Source of the DNA: Torpedo marmorata | Taxonomy: Eukaryota | Assembly: GCA_977017645.1 (NCBI GenBank) | Contig: OZ360237.1 | Span: 45,818,001-45,882,000 of the forward strand | DNA length: 64,000 nucleotides | Direction: 5' to 3' | Part shown: one piece after another, positions 62,419-64,000 of the stretch | How the letters are laid out: every line of letters begins with the position of its first letter | Position numbering within the stretch: the first letter of the stretch is position 1 | The notes under the pieces: generated by a model | What the model was told of the DNA's origin: nothing | The model's input: only the letters and a program-made list of their open reading frames with translations | Databases searched by the model: none | Translations under genes and position numbers: made by a program

Positions 62419-63284
62419 CGCAAAAGGTTGGTTTGCAGATGCAACAGGTTATCAAGATGGCAAATGGAATGTTGGGCTTCATTGCTAGAGAGATCAAATT
62501 TAAGAGCAGGGAGATTCTACTGGGGAGGCCACACCTGGAGTACTAGTTCTGTTCTGGTCTCCTTTAAGAACAGACATACTGACTTGGGAGGCGGTGTAAA
62601 GGAGGTTCCCCGGGTTTATTCTTGATATTAGGGGTTTAGCCTATGAGGAGAGATGGAGTCACTGGGGACTATACTCACTGAAATTCTGAAGAATTGTTAT
62701 ATAGAAACATAAAATTATGAAAGGGGTTGATTGGATAAAAGTTGTTTCCGCTGGTAGGTGAGACTAGAACCAGGGAACATTGCCTCAAGATTCAGGACGA
62801 AGATGAGGATCTGCTTTTTACAGAGAGTTGTGAATCTGTGGAATTTTCTGCACAAGGAAGCAGTGGAGGATGTCACATTAAATGCCTGTATATTTAAGAG
62901 ACAAGTAGATAGATTTTTGCCTAGTAGGGTAATTCAGGGTTATGGGGAAAAGGCAGGTAGGTGGAGCTAGTCACAGCCAGATCAGCAATGATCTTGTTGA
63001 ATGATGGACAACTCCAGCTCCTATATCTCATTCTTATGGAAAACCTGCCGTTCTTACTCTTGTGTGATTCCAGACCTAAAGCAAAATGGTCGAGACTTAA
63101 CTGCCCTTGTAATCTTGTAAATAGCCTTGTACCCCATTAATTTTAAGGATAACTGGACACTTTGGCCTTTTGAGAATAAAACATTGTTATTTTGTGTGCA
63201 GATCCATCAAAGACCACACCTGAGCCTTTGAGGGGGAAAGACTTCTTATGTTAGGCATAACTAATGGGGCAATTCCCATTGAAT

Positions 63285-63864
63285 TACCTATTTTTTTAAC
63301 CCATTTGACAGATTCAGAACATCAGAAGTTAAAAAGAGAATGGGTTGGTCAAGTGGTGGCTTCCTCATTTAATTCTAAAGCAAGAGGAGTAGCTATATTA
63401 GTTAATAAAAAGTTACCTTTTAAAATACAATCTGTAGTTATAGATGTGGCAGGTAGATATGTTTTAATACATTGTCAGATATATTCAGAACTTTGGACAC
63501 TTATGAATTTGTATGTACCAAATGCGGATGATGAACAGTTTATCCAAGACTTACATTTGTCAGAAGCTAATGAGAATATTTTAATTGGTGGGGATTTTAA
63601 TTGTTGTTTAGATCCAATAATGGATAAAACATCAAGATCAGTTGTTAAAACTAAAATTGCTAAGAGTTCTCACTTTGATGAAAGATTTAAATTTAATAGA
63701 TATTTGGAGAAAATTGAATCCTAGAGAAAAAGATTATTCTTTTTATTCTTTTAGACATGATTCATATTCTAGAATAGATTTATTTTTACTGTCTTCACAG
63801 GTTCAAGACAGAATAACGCAAGCATCTTATAAAGCGAGAATAATTTCTGATCATTCACCTTTAT
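63285..63864 (+). mobile_element. L1-clade ORF2 endonuclease fragment (same family as 22257-25925)
   Basis: THLTDSEHQKLKREWVGQ..SKARGVAIL..GGDFN..SRIDLF..SDHSP; near-identical to 22338-22634. Confidence 0.92.
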
Positions 63865-64000
63865 TTTTTTTATTTTTTTTTATTTAAACTTTTAAATCAC
63901 AAAATACATAGAATAAAATATAAAATTATCAAAATACATGTGATATATTTTCACCCCCCCACCTCCCTCCCCTCCCTAACCCCCCCATCCCCACTAATCT
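63865..64000 (-). mobile_element. 3' end/poly(A) of an antisense L1 of the same family, running off the window
   Basis: Reverse complement of 25817-25920 (agattagt..gaaaatatatcaca..tattttgataatttt..gatttaaaa..aataaa). Confidence 0.88.

Larger units (their letters stand above)
61514..62990 (+). mobile_element. CR1 LINE 3' portion interrupted by Rex1 and PLE insertions
   Basis: SLQRDIERLGEWARVWQMEYDVGKCEFIH before 61707. Resumes at ~62419 (SQKVGLQMQQVIKMANGMLGFIAR..RPHLEY). Confidence 0.88.

Overview
Eukaryotic, AT-rich and repeat-dense DNA, most likely from a cartilaginous fish (inferred from HE1-like V-SINEs paired with CR1/HER1-like LINEs, Penelope-like fragments, Rex1/Babar and L1). The only host coding sequence I can support is two small + strand exons of CSTF3 (CstF-77): exon 2 at 6307-6408 and exon 3 at 6574-6669. 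They are followed by the intronic polyadenylation site of intron 3 (ATTAAA at 6935, GU-rich downstream element), known in vertebrates as a feedback autoregulation site. I could not find exon 1 or exon 4, so the rest appears to be intron 1 (>6.3 kb) and a very long intron 3 (>57 kb) filled with transposons and unique AT-rich blocks. Most interesting observations: (1) a hairpin that partly sequesters the intronic AUUAAA; (2) a candidate second truncating terminal exon; (3) a ~130-145 bp inverted repeat spanning ~1.3 kb of unique sequence; (4) a ~760 bp GC-rich non-autonomous retroposon in three copies with a YY1-like head and Rex1-type tail; (5) an L1 with a twin-priming 5' inversion and 16-bp TSD; (6) an internally deleted L1 with both ends and a 16-bp TSD; (7) minimal hammerhead motifs and fold-back hairpins from Penelope-like elements; (8) several degenerate palindromes in CNE-like sequence. 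All calls were made by eye, and repeat boundaries are approximate unless a TSD is given.
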